Shown piece by piece: positions 13,513 through 27,105 of a stretch of DNA of 64,000 nt; the first letter of the stretch is position 1, and the number at the start of each line of letters is the position of its first letter. A program made the translations under genes and the position numbers. The notes under the pieces were generated by a model. It was not told the DNA's origin. It saw nothing but the letters and a program-made list of their open reading frames with translations, and made no database searches. The stretch lies in assembly GCF_009914755.1 (NCBI RefSeq), contig NC_060929.1. One strand, given 5' to 3'. Source of the DNA: the human T2T-CHM13v2.0 reference genome, Homo sapiens.

Positions 13513-13555
13513 TAACAATAACAACAACAACAACAACAGCAGCAACAACAAAAAC
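13513..13555. repeat. (CAA)n/(CAG)n microsatellite
   Basis: aacaacaacaacaacaacagcagcaacaac seen directly. Confidence 0.85.
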
Positions 13556-13816
13556 TAAACATCTGGGGATCAGGAGTATAACATGAAACAGAATATGGAA
13601 TAACAACATCAGACAGAATATTCATGACCTTCAGTTTGGAAAAAAGAAGCTAGACGCCCCCTTTAGCTACTTTCCCACAGTCTTCCCTTTTCTTTTTTTT
13701 AACATTTATGTAGAAGTTCAAGAGTTTTCACAACTGAGTAGAGCAGCATGAAATACAAGTGTAAAGATATACTCTGCAAGGGCGGACCCCTCTATTCTCG
13801 GTATCCTGTCTGCGTT

Positions 13817-14319
13817 TGTGGGAGGCAGAATCCTAAGATGATCCCAATGACCCTCCCCCTTGGATGACAGCAAAGGAATTTTTGCAGATGTAATTAAGGT
13901 TATGGTTGATCATAAATAGGGAGATTATCCTGGTAGTCCTAATTTAATTTAATGCACCCTATAAAAACAGTGTTTTCTCTAGTTGGGGGCAGATGAGCAA
14001 GTCAAAGATTTGAAACAAGAGGGGATGCCACTGGCTTAAATATGGATGGTGGGGGGAAGAACCAGAAAGTAACCTGGTACTATCTGAGAGAGACTCCAAG
14101 CTGACAGCAAGCAGGAGAATGTGGACCTCTGAGATCTTATAACCCTAGAAGCTTAATTCTGCTGATAACCTGAATAAGCTTGGAAGCTGATTCTTCACTA
14201 GAGCTCTGACTTCAATATTTTGATAGCTCAATCAAAGAGAAATGTCAGATAACAAATGGGTGTCCCATTATGCCACAGAGTTTGTAGTAACGTGTTACAC
14301 AGCTTAAGGAAATGAACAC
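13817..14319 (+). mobile_element. MLT1E-like MaLR LTR
   Basis: Starts tgtgggaggcagaatcctaagatg; internal tttgcagatgtaattaagg, gggagattatcctgg, aacctgaataagcttggaagc; MLT1-type 3' end. Confidence 0.8.
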
Positions 14320-15579
14320 CGTGTCCACTGTAAGACATTTGAGTTTCTCCAGCATGCAGAACACATTTTCTTTCTTGTTGTATCACAAATGTTTAGCATA
14401 GTATCCAGCACATAATATATAAATGTATATTGGTTAATTATGTGAATGCAGGGGATGCCACAAAGGGCCTTAATCTCTGTGCTTTCACGGCTTAGAACTG
14501 GCCTCTTTCTTCACTTTTTGTTATATGTTGCCTCAATATAATGGAATATGTTGTCTCAGTATAAACAAGAGGGGATGCCACTTGAACAAAGAGTAAGATA
14601 GAGTACTCCCAGTTTTTAAGATAATATTCATAGATGATGTTTCAGCAATACCACGTGTATTCTTATTCCATTTTAATTTTTGGCGTGGGAAAAATTGTAC
14701 AAGTTAACACGTCTGGATTCATCAGGACTAGGGAAATTATGATAATATAGAAAGACTTCCTAATTGCATGACACTGGATCACGGAGGAACTAGACAGACA
14801 CAGAATGGAGTTGTCCAGAAGTCTGGGTGCTCTTCAATTTGTATTAATCCCCATCTGGTAAGTGTTCCACCATAATGAAGGAGACAAAATATATATAACG
14901 AAGGAAGTGGAAGGGGGTCACTAGATACTCAGAGATCCCAAGGGTATTGAATCAGATAAATCAGTTTTCACAGATAAATAAAGTCCCACATAAGTTGTCT
15001 TTTAAGATAGAAACATGTCAATAATTACTCAATTTTGAACACTTGGCAAATAATTTGGCCAATAATTTGTTTGATTTTTTCAGGGCTTTCCCCAGTATTT
15101 CTTAAGGTTGATTAATTCACAAATTACTTATAGTGGGAACTTTGAAGTGCTGCTACACTTGAAACCTTAGCTAGTATAATTTAGATCCCTTGAGAAAATT
15201 ATCTTGCATGAGAAACAGGGCATCTCAGTGCAACAGACCTTCTCTACAATTATTTATAATATATTCTCTTTCATATGTTCAAAACACTGGGAAACTTCAA
15301 AGATATTAAAACAAAACCTGTGGAAAGTGTGTGATTCTCTAGTCCTCCAGTTGCCTGCATTCACTTCCCAACCTTAACACTTCAGTGGCCATAATGGTGC
15401 CAGGAGGCTGTGTCTGAAACAAGAATCCCTTCCTCATTTGGAAACAGAGTAATTCCAATGTGGCGACATGGCACACTTGGAAATGTTTTCGTATGTAATG
15501 TGAATGCTTTCGGATTGTCTTAGATCAGGATGGAGCTCACGTTCATCACAATTCCACACCTGTCACTTTTTCCATAGGC

Positions 15580-15815
15580 AGTGCAGATTTAGACAGTGCT
15601 GGGATTTACTCAAGTTTCAGCTTTGCTATTTAATAACTGCAAACTTGGGATAAGTGATTTCACTTTTCCAAATGTAAGTTTTAAAATTTGTAAAATGAGG
15701 ATATATCAGTAACTACATTTAGAATATTTATGAAGACAAAATGAGCTAATTTCAGTAAGGCATTCAAGATCGTACTATTAACACTTAGTTATTAATAATG
15801 GTACCGATTATTTAC
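15580..15815 (+). mobile_element. MIR SINE
   Basis: cttgggataagtgatttcac...atttgtaaaatgaggata...aaatgagctaat core. Confidence 0.7.
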
Positions 15816-17025
15816 TAATATTATTAATAATATAGCTTTACTAATTAGCAATATTATTATAAAACATAGATGCAAATACAAAATATTTGAAAAAGACATT
15901 GGCCAAATATAACACCGTAGCAGCATATGGTATGTTCATATGCCACCTACCACAAATTTCAGACCATGGTGTGTGTATAAGTGTTACTTTTCCCCTGCTA
16001 TTTAATAAGACTATGAAGCTTTGCATAATTTTTTTGTAACTATGTTAACATTTAGTAGTGGATAAAATATGTTTCTAATGAAAAACTTCAGATTACCCCT
16101 CTGTATATAAATGTTTTCCTTTTCAGTTCTGACAAAAATATGTAAATAGATAAAGAACTCATGTTTTATAAAAGAATACTATAAATCATTTACTTTTCTG
16201 ACATCTGATAGTCAAGAAAGGAATTCAGCTTGATACCAAGTAGTATGTATTTTTCTCATGAGACTGAGGAATTCTGTTCTGCTCTCATTAATGAAAACAC
16301 GAGCATGATTCTAATTAGCCTGAATGTGCCCTGGAAAAGCATAAATCCCTTAATCAGATATGAGAGAGGAAGGCTGGTCACCACCTCTAAATGCCAAATT
16401 TATTATGTTCTAAAAAAAATTTATTCTTTCTTCTAATTAAAATTATAGCCTCCATAATGAACATAACATAATTAAAGATAAAATAAATTAATCAAAGAAG
16501 CACTTTTTGTTTCACTACATTAAAAACCTATTCTAATAGTTATATTAATAAACCTGCTCTTACATCTCCTCGGAAGGTGTTGTTAATAATTACAGGTACT
16601 ATAATTGTTCAAGTGAGTAGATATCCTCCCTTCAAGTGACTATATCTCCAACCAAAGCCACTAAAATACTTTGAAGAATTTCACACTGTCAAATTCTTAG
16701 TAGCAATTATCCCAACATGCACTCCCAGTAAATTTACAAATCCTTTTTCTTTTTTTTTTTTTAGTATATTCCACTGTCAGTGTGAGGAAATTTCTCCTTT
16801 TTAGTAATGGTACTTAAGCTTGCTACCAAAATCATTTATATTATGATGCCTTTCATTTTCATTCTTTTGGAGTAGAGATGGATACTTATACCCATTCTTC
16901 TATTTAATCATCTTAATATCACTTCTAAAATCAAGTACATATGCAATTTACTTTATTTTTTCTGCCTTTTACAAAAAAAAAAAATGACTAGACATTAAGA
17001 ATAACATAGGATTTGGGGCCTTGTT

Positions 17026-17078
17026 ACTCCAGCCTGGGCGACAGAGCAAGACTCCGTCTCAAAAAAAAAAAAAAAAAA
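17026..17078 (+). mobile_element. Severely 5'-truncated Alu (last 35 nt + poly-A)
   Basis: actccagcctgggcgacagagcaagactccgtctc followed by A18. Confidence 0.9.
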
Positions 17079-17474
17079 GATTTTGAGCCTTGCTGGCATA
17101 ATGCTGAAAAGGCACAAAAGTAAATTCAAATCATGGAAATTAGATGAATGCTTCAGGTAGATTGCCAATCATTCGGTTATTTGGTAAAAGATTATGTATT
17201 GTAATGATGTTTATGACATCAGGAAAGTAACTTCCCCTTAACCTGTAAACTTTTGAGTACTTTTCTCCAAATGATTCTAGGCCATCATTTTTTGATTCTT
17301 TAGGAACTTTGATTTACCTCAAATTTCATGCCCACATCTCAAATGCGTGTCCTTGTAGGGTATACCATGTTCCATCTGCAGTTTCTCCTGCACTCCGGAT
17401 ACTCTGTATTTAATGTGCTTTGAGTCAATAATCCCAGAGTCTTGAAGCCAGAGTAGGTGACCTTTTCTAATTGA

Positions 17475-17496
17475 TACACACACACACACACACACA
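17475..17496. repeat. (CA)n microsatellite
   Basis: Direct observation. Confidence 0.85.
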
Positions 17497-18088
17497 GGGT
17501 AGACACTTACACATTACTTTATGTAATAAAGTACTTGTTACTTTTTTTATCTTTCCAGGTGACACTGTGAAGATTATTAAATCAGTGAAAAATGACGTCT
17601 ATTAATAAATAGTGAGAGTAGGACTACGCTGCTATAAAGAAATACTGATTTAGGAAAATTGATTTGAGACAATTATTTGGCAATTTAAAAATGTAAAAAT
17701 ACATAGTTCAACAGCATATAGGTGTTTTGTATGAAAAGCTCAATTTGTTAGTAAGTGTATGCAAACAACCCTACATCTGCCCACTCCCCAACATATTCAC
17801 CAAAAAAAGAAAAATTGAAAGGAGACAAACTACTACTTTTTATTCCGCACGTTTTAAGGACAAAAGGAAAATTACTGACAAGCTGGGAAAGGAAGCTTAT
17901 TTATGACTACTTTCCAGTACCACACAATACATAATATCATTATTTTTCTGGTATCCTTAGTGTTACATAAGAACTGGGTAGATTGCCCTGTTCATATTCT
18001 CACCACTGCCATTCACAACAAAATGTCTTCATGTCAAACGAGTCTTTGTTTTGTTTGCAATTTATTGTCAAAAAAAGAGATGTCATAA

Positions 18089-18382
18089 TTTTTTTTTTTT
18101 TTTTTGACAGAGTCTCTCTCTGTTGCCCAGGCTGGAGTGCAGTGGCATGATCTTGACTCACGGCAACCTCCACCTCCCGGTTTAAGCGATTCTCCTGCCC
18201 CAGCCTCCCGAGTAGTTGGGACTACAGGTGCACGCCACCATGCCCAGCTAATTTTTGTATTTTTAATAGAGACGGGGTTTCACTGTGTTGGCCAGAATGG
18301 TGTCGACCTCTTGACCTCATGATCTGCCTGCCTTGACCTCCCAAAGTGCTGGGATTACAGTTGTGAGCCACCTTGCCCAGCC
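18089..18382 (-). mobile_element. AluSc-like SINE
   Basis: Full dimer; TSD cataatt(t/c)ttt; ctcttgacctcatgatc diagnostic region. Confidence 0.95.
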
Positions 18383-20339
18383 CATAATTCTTTAATCTCC
18401 AAGATGATGCATGGAGGAAGAAGTTACAAAGCATTTGCCCATCTCCTCTACTTCCTCCACCCTATTGTAAGAAAAGGGTATAATTCTAACTTATTATGTT
18501 TATCAGGCCTACGAATGATGAAGATGAAGGAATAGCAGATAGTAAGTCACACTAACATGGTCACATTAGGGTGTTATTTTACCGTTTTCAAATCACAATG
18601 CCATATTCTTGTGACTTAAATTGCAATGTGCACAGAATATGGAGAAATAGGACTATATTCTTATGCCAATGATTCTGATGACACTGGCAATTGTATTAAA
18701 AAATAGAACCTATTTTATGACAATCATGAAACTTTAATCTTCAGTTCCTCTTTACATTCTATTTTAATGTGTATTTGTGTTATATCAGTATGCAACAGAG
18801 TTATCTAAAATTTAACAATAAAGAGAAAAATTCCCAGTTTACAATAGGGATTATAACTTATAAATTAGACCAAGGATTTTGAATTAAACCACATATATTG
18901 GCTCAAATTTATTCCCACCTCTGTGGAGTGAGATATTATTAAGCACAGATTACAGAGAATTTATGAAGAATAACTATGGTTTTCTTAATTATTTTAATGA
19001 TTATTTCCTTCTTTCTAATTTAATGGGTATTCAACACACTGTTCATTAGGGGATTTTATGTTTAATACTACTAATAAAATTAAATGAAAAAGATATATGG
19101 TACCATTAAAGTAGCAAGTAAAAAAAATGCTAGTGCCAAAATAACTCTTTATTTAGTAGGTACCAAGAGATACAAATGAAAATCATATTTCATGAGGTAA
19201 CTCTTCTATTGAAAACTATTAAACTATGAGGCATATTTATCTCTTCCTCCCTGTAGAGGTATAAACACAAAGCATGTTTCTAAATCATAAATTATACTCT
19301 TCATGGGATATTAAAAATGACCTCCAAATAAACAGAACACAAAAACTGCAAGAATTCCAAAGCTTTACCATATATGAAAACAAAACTTTTATCTCAACTG
19401 CTCAAATTGCAATGATAAAATCAACCATCATTATGAATGAATTATCTATATAAAAATCTAAGTAATTACTAAATAAAATCTTATTTCATAGAAAGTTATG
19501 TATGAAATGCAATAAAGAATTTACATTGTGCATGAAGAAACAGACACATTTCTTGGAGAAGAAAGAGCATAAACAAGAATACAACTATTTTCGAAGATAT
19601 TTTATACATTGCCTAAAATATTAATGAAGGTTTTTTTATAGTAGCCACTTAAATATAATCTATAAGCATTAGTCATTTACATTCTTAAGGATCACAGAAA
19701 TATGCTGTTTTATCACATTTCATATATAAGTTTCTATTAAATAACTAAAAGGAAAATTTACTATTTTATTTTCTATTTGTTATTCGTGTGCTTAGTTTGT
19801 ATTTAATCTTAATAAATATATAAAAACAATTTTCTTGGATTTGGAAACAATAGAAAACCCCTCCTAAAAATTTTAAACGTTTTCCTAAGAACGATATGTA
19901 ACAATATGATTTTTTTAAAAGCTGTTTTGAAGTATTTCTTAGATGAGCTTGAAAGTAATTTTGAGTTGTAAAACCATGTGAGTATTATGCCTTCTAAAAA
20001 TAATGTTAAAATAAAAATTTTCAGAACTAAGTGATAAAAAGTATTTAGTACATTTACTTTAAATGATTGTATTTCTTACTAATAACTGCATAATTAACAC
20101 AGAATCATTGCATCTAGCAACGATCTTTGGGATGACATCAATGGTGTCAAAAGAGTAGTTATTAAGAAAATATCACAAATCTTTAATTCTGACTGTTCAA
20201 TGAAATGATTTGGTATTGAAATATGGTACTAGACAAGATTATTTTAATTTCCAGAAGATTCTAACACACTGAAAAAAAATACTTCATCATCATAGTTGAG
20301 AAGAAAGCTTCTCTCTCTTTCTCTCTGTGTCTAACTTTT

Positions 20340-20885
20340 AGCACTTATAAGCAGTTTTTAATAATGATGAAATTTAACTTTCAAAACTTTTTCTTTTATT
20401 CATTCTCTCTAAGAAATGTACTCTTTGTCCCAAGTTGCTAAAGTTTTCTCCTGTTCTCATTTAAATATATATATATTTATATATATATTTTTTCTTTATT
20501 ATATATTTTCTATATATATTTTTTCTCTCTCATTGGATTGCTTTTGTGCCTTTGTAGAGAATAGAATAACCATATAATTGTCGGTCTATGTCTGGGCTTG
20601 GTGTGCTAGTCTTTTGATATATTTGTATGTCTTCACTCAAACACTATACTGTCTTGATTATTATAGCTTTACCTTTACTATTACTTTGCTATTTTAAAAG
20701 ATTACTTTTAATGATTTTAAAGGTTATTATCAACATTCTAAAGCCTTTGGATTTCCACACACATTTGCAAATCCACTTGTCAATTCATAAACGTAATTCT
20801 GCTGGAACTATAATCAGAATTGCGTTGATCTATAGATCAATTTAGTAAGAATGGACATATTAACAATATTGAGTTTTTCCAAAAT
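20340..20885 (-). mobile_element. Old L1M ORF2 fragment
   Basis: ctgtcttgattattatagcttt ... aattgcgttgatctatagatcaattt...gacatattaacaatattgagt. Confidence 0.75.
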
Positions 20886-21862
20886 AAACTGATCATAGAT
20901 ACATAGACAAGCAAAAAAAATATATATATATAGTTAAATTTCTACTATAAGTAGTATCCGTATAATTCTGTATGTGACTATTTTATATGAGATTTAGGTA
21001 CCATGGAGGATGGCTAAAAGGAAATCTTGCTCATGTAAAAGGCCCTGAATGTTTCAAACAAAGTCTAACTTATTGGTTTGCTCCTTTGTCCAGTAAACTG
21101 GAAGCATCATCTCAAGCTCACAGTTTACTAATAAAAATGTCATCAGTAAGTCAATGTTACTGCTTCTTTACTGTTTGATATAAAAATAAAACAATATTAA
21201 TGTGAGTGATCAAACACCAAATGTCATTTCTTCAGAGTCAGAATGGTGTTTTATAGAGAGATTCTCCTAAGGTACAGTATTTTTGAACAACAGGAACAGC
21301 AGCATTTTATCAGTGCTATAGCCATAGCACTGATATTTTTGATAGTGAATGATATAAAGTTGGACAAAGGAAACTAGATAAGGCCTATAAATTCCAAGAC
21401 AACACACAGAAATGTGACTTGTATTTTACAGAAGTTTAGTTGGCACTAAATTGGTTGACACTTTTATGTCCCATAGTCACAGTTTGCCCACCTTGACGTG
21501 CCACCCAAGTGACAGGATTCCACTAATAGAAATAATGATCAATGCATAGTCCCAATAGTGCAATTTATTATTAACTTATTATTATGATCAATTTGAATTA
21601 GTTTATATAAAACAAAGGGCTTATGTGTACATTTTCAAAGTCTGACATGGAAAAATTATGAAGGAAGTAAAAAATACTATGACAGTTTTGAATTTTCCTC
21701 TTTTTAAAAAAATAAATCTATAGGCTTTCAAACTCATTTGTCTGCAAATATCTTTTTAAATATCACTTTTTGAATATCTAGTTAAATAATGCTTACAACA
21801 TAGTAAACATAAAAATGAAACAATAAAACAAAACATACAGAGGGAGTTATACCTATACTGCC

Positions 21863-22244
21863 TGATATGGTTTGGCTGTGTCCCCACCCAAATCTCAACC
21901 TGAATTGAGCTCCCAGAATTCCCACGTGTTGTGGGAAGGACCTGGAAAGGGGGGCGTAATTGAATCATGGGGGCCAGTCTTTCCTGTGGTACTCTCATGA
22001 CTGTGAACAAGTCTCACAAGATCTGATGGTTGTATCAGGGATTTCTGCTTTTGTTTCTTTCTTATTTTCTCCTACTGCTGCCATGTCAAAAGTGCCTTTC
22101 ACCTCCCACTATGATTCTGAGGCCTCCCCAGCCATGTGGACCTGTAAGTCCAATTAAACATCTTTTTCTTCTCAGTCTTGGGTATGTGGGGTTTTTTTTG
22201 TTTTGCTTTTTTTTTTTTCAGCAGCATGAAAATGCACTAATACA
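21863..22244 (+). mobile_element. THE1A-like solo LTR (MaLR)
   Basis: tgatatggtttggctgtgtccccacccaaatctc ... actaataca; 5-bp TSD CTGCC at 21858-21862 and 22245-22249. Confidence 0.92.
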
Positions 22245-22922
22245 CTGCCTTAGAGCTATATCTATCCATATATCTATTTTCTATGTATATATCTTTATAT
22301 GTGAATGTGCATATATATATTTATGTATGTATGTGTGTGTAGATATTTATCTGTCTATCCATCTCTCCATTTACGTTTATCTATATTTTGCTTTTCTAAG
22401 AAATTCACTAAACTCAGATGCCCATAAAACACACAAATGTCAATATAAAACAGAAAATCATAAATTAAAAATACAAACAACTTAGAATACAATAATTTCC
22501 TTCCATTTGAAAGACAGATGGACTTTTTTTTTTACTAAACAAATGTTTGTACAAACCAACAAAGTCCCACAATTCAATTAAAAACCTGATACAAGAATTA
22601 TACAGTTAGTTCATGGTGTGTGAGTGAGGCACATCCAAAATAGCTTACAAGCATATGAAATAATGTTTGACTATCGTAAAGAAATAATATCTTATTATTT
22701 ACACATACTTGAATTTTATATCATCATCTTGTTTATATGCTGTGTGATTTGATTTCACTTGTCTCCTGACACTTGAAACCTCACTTATAAATTGTGAAGG
22801 ACAAATAAATGTAAGCATGTATACTAGGTCGAAATATATCAGTACAATGTGGAATATCATGTGATAATATATACAGTACACAGAAACAGATTGATAACAT
22901 CAGTTAAAAAAACAAATTATAC

Positions 22923-23228
<306 letters not shown>

Positions 23229-23402
23229 AAAACAAATTATCTTATATAATATTCCTTCAGATAAACTTCTCTAGTAAACATTAATTTTGATATTATCTTT
23301 CTTATTTTAGAATACTACACTAGACTAAATAACAGCAGGTCTAAAGAACATATGGAAATAATATAAAAGAGTAGCAGAAAGAAAAATAAGGAAAAGTTCA
23401 TA

Positions 23403-24893
23403 CAGTCCTGCCTCACTTAACACTAGGGATATGTTCTGAGAACTTCATCGTTAGGCAATTTCTTCATTGGGTGAACATCACAGTGTGTACCACAGAAACC
23501 TAGACGGTGTAGCATACTACACACCTGGGCTATATGGTGTACTCTATTGCTTCTAGGTTACAGACACGAGCAGCATATTGCTGTACAGAATAATGTAGGC
23601 AATTGTAACACAATGACAAGTATTTGTGTATCCAAACATATCTAAATACAAAAAGGTACCGTAAAAATGCAGTAGAAAAGATTAAAAATGGCATACCTGT
23701 CTGCGGCACTTATTATGACTGGGGCTTGTAGAACTGAAATTTGCCCTGTGTGAGTAGTGTGTGAGCAGCGAATGAATATGAAGGCCTAGGCCATTACACA
23801 TGGACTTCATAAACAACGTACATTTAGGCTATACTAAATGTATACTAAATATTCTTCTTCTTTAACCTTAGCTTACTGTAACATTTTTACTTTATAAACT
23901 TTTTCATTTTTTGAACTGTTTGACTCTTTTGCAATAACACTTAGCTTAAAACACAAACACATACAGCTGTACAAGAATATTTTATGTCCTTATTCTATTA
24001 TCTTTTTCTATTTTTCAAGTTTTTCATTTTATTTTAAACTTTTGAAACTTTTTATTAAGAACTAAAACACAAGGCCAGGCACGGTGGCTCACACCTGTAA
24101 TCCCGGCACTTTGGGAGGCCGAGGCGGGCAGATCACTTAAGGTCAGGAGTTTAAGACCAGCCTGGCCAACATGGTGAAACTCCATCTCTACTAAAAATAC
24201 AAAAAACACACACAAAAAATTAGCTGGACATTCTAGCGCAGGCCTGTATTCCCAACTACTTGGGAGGCTGAGGCAGGAGAATTGCTTGAACCCGCGAGGC
24301 AGAGGTTGCAGTGAGCGAGATGGTGCCACTGCACGCCACTCTGGGCTATGGAGTGAGACTCTGTCTCAAAAATAAAACAAAACAAAAAGAACTGAGACAC
24401 AAACATTAACCTAAACCTTCACCAGATCAGGATAATCAATTTCACCACCTTTCACCTCCACATCTTGGTCCACTGGAAGGTCTTCAGGGGCAGTAATATG
24501 CATGGAGCCATTGTCTCCTATAATAACAAAACCTTCTTCTGGAATACCTCCTGAAGGCCCTGCTTGAGGCTGTTTTATGGCTCTTTTTTTTTTAATAATA
24601 GAAGGAATACATGCTAAAATAACAATAAAAAGTATAGTATAGTAAATATATAAACCAGTAGCATAGTCATTTATTATCCTTATTAAGTATTACGTACTGT
24701 ATATAATTGTACGTGCAACACTTTTATAGGACTGGCATCACAGTTAGTTTGTTTACACCAGCAGCACCGCAAACAGGTGAGTCATGTGCACACTACAACA
24801 TTCGAATTTTTCAGTTCCATTATGATTTTGTGGGACCACTGATGTCGATGTGGTCTGTCATTAACTGCAATGTTGTTATGTGGTCCATGACAG
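23403..24893 (-). mobile_element. Tigger3b-like non-autonomous TcMar-Tigger element (interrupted by an Alu)
   Basis: TA|cagtcctg... and ...catgacag|TA ends; about 1.2 kb once the Alu is removed; clearly similar to the copy at 43842-46549. Confidence 0.88.
24073..24386 (+). mobile_element. AluSx-like SINE inserted in Tigger3b
   Basis: Full dimer; TSD aagaact(a/g)a(a/g)acacaa. Confidence 0.95.
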
Positions 24894-24973
24894 TATTGCC
24901 TTTGAGGAAAATTCTGGCTATCTGATTTTTCAAGTAATCTGCCCAAACTATTCCTCATTTTCACTTAAGTTTG

Positions 24974-25306
24974 TGTTTTGGTCTGAGTGTTTGTGTACCC
25001 CCAAATTCATACGTTAAAATCCTAATCCTCAAGGTGATGGCCTTTACAGGTTGGGCCTTTGGGAGGTAATTAAATCATGAGGGCAGACAAATGTGATGTG
25101 TCCTTATTACAAAGGCTCCAGAGGACTGCCTTACCATTCCTCCTTGTAAGGACATGGAAAGAGAGTGCCATCTATGAGAAATGGGCCCTTATTAGACTGA
25201 ATTTGCCAGTGCCCAGCCTCCAGAACTAGGAGAAATAAAGGTTTGTTGTTTATAAGTTATCCAGTTTATGGTACTTTTGTTATAGCATCTTGAGCTGACT
25301 AAGACA
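24974..25306 (+). mobile_element. MLT1A-like solo LTR
   Basis: tgttttggtctgagtgtttgtgtacccccaaattcat ... gactaagaca; 5-bp TSD GTTTG on both sides. Confidence 0.88.
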
Positions 25307-26699
25307 GTTTGTCTTGTGAAAATTTAAGAGAGAAACAACTTATGAAACATTGTATCCATGAGGTGCATATAAATTTTAGACAGAAATCACTCTGGAACAG
25401 AAGATGAGGAAGCCATATGCTGAGCGTACCACTTTATAGCACCACGAGGCCTTGTTAATATACATACATTTTTTAATGGATTCTAATGTATTTTCCTCCA
25501 TATGATGGCAAATAGTCTATAAAATTGTTCTTCTTAATTCTTGTATTTGTAGTGTAGACACAGCTAAAATTACCTCCAAGTTATGGCTAATATAATTTCT
25601 AAGCGATTGACCTTCTCTTCTCACTGGCACGTTTTGTATATTTGAATCTAATTGAACTAAACATAACAGAAAATTCAGGCATGGAGCCAGCATCTTTCTT
25701 GATTGACCCTGTTCTGAATGCCAACTCCTGAAGGAGCTTCAAGAACAGACCAACCCTCCAGGCAGTGTTTAAAATAGATTCTGCTCCTAAGCAGCACAGC
25801 ACAGCTATACACCTGCTATAACGGAGAAGAGCTTCTCCAAGATGTTACATGTGTTTAACAGTAGGCAAACATTGCCATTTATCACCTCTATGGCATTTCC
25901 TGGTGGGGCTTGTGTAATACACTGAGTTTTCTTGGAGGAACCAGCTGGAGTATTGGTCAATCTATCTTTTTTCAGTGCTTGATAAGAATTCAAATGGATA
26001 ATTCAAATGGATAAGAACTCAAATGGATAATGAACAATCTTGTAGTTTTACCTACCATTTTTACAATTATCACTGTAAAGAAAGTCTATAAGATTGCCTT
26101 TGAGCTCTGAAAGGAAGCCTGTAATCTAAAGCAAGTAAAGTTGTGGAAGACCTTACTATGAGAGCAAGTCTAAAAATGGGGCAGATCATGGAAAGAAAAG
26201 AAAAAGCAATGGAATGATTTTTTCCTTGTCAGTGCTGAGGTCAGGCAGGTAATAAAAACTGTTTTATCCAACATGTGTTGAGAATACTTTTGCAAATGTT
26301 AAAGTCAACATGGCTATAACAAGCCCAAGTTCTCCAGGAGGAATGCATGCATTTAAAATGGAATCAAAGTTTATAGAGTACAATAATAAGAGCCCTCTTA
26401 CTTACATTTTCATTTAATCACATGTATATGGCCATCTTGTCCATTTTGAGGTTGGGCTTTAGGGAAAGCTCCAAATAATGAGTAGGCTTAAGTATCAAAT
26501 AATGTCCAACCTTTTAGACTTTAAAGAAGATTCTGAATACATTTCTTCTCAGTATAACTACATATTAAATCTAGACGTTAGGGAAAGAAACACATTTTTC
26601 TCCTGGGATCTCTTTAGAGAGTATCATTCAGTGAAATGTTAAATGACATATAAGAATTTCTAGTAATAAATATGATGGTTTTGTCTCAGCCTGGTTATA

Positions 26700-27105
26700 A
26701 GAAAGATGCACATTAATTATGAAAATTAGTAAAGCTGTTGACCCTTCCTTGGGCTGATGACTGCATAGTTCTGAAATGCATCTCTATCCCTAGAAAGGAA
26801 AGGAATGCTTACTTCTATAGCTTACTCTCTGTTTCAGAAGCATTGAGATTTCCTCTGGAAACTCCAGGGAAATTTCCCCAGAAATTCTAATTGACTGAAA
26901 TTGAGCATAAGCCTATTCAAGAACCAATGGTTCTCCAGGAAATATAATTACTGTGAGACAAATTAATTTGAGAGATATGTATTGATAAGCATCCACTGAG
27001 GCATGGAGCCCTGTGGGGAAGCAAAGATTATTCAATAACATCAGAATTGTGTTAAAAAAAAAAGGGAGACTTGATGCTAAGCAGTATCTTCACACGTCTG
27101 CTACA
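26700..27105 (-). mobile_element. Old MLT1 (K/L-type) LTR fragment
   Basis: ctaattgactgaaattgagcataagcctattcaagaaccaat... and terminal gtctgctaca; highly degenerate. Confidence 0.4.

Noticed and set aside
15917-15950. Small hairpin beginning tagcagca (miR-15/16-like seed)
   Set aside because: The stem is far too short and imperfect for a pre-miRNA, and the rest does not match a known mature miRNA
25981-26030. Short repeated units as a CRISPR-like array
   Set aside because: Adjacent tandem slippage copies with no unique spacers; eukaryotic DNA with no cas genes
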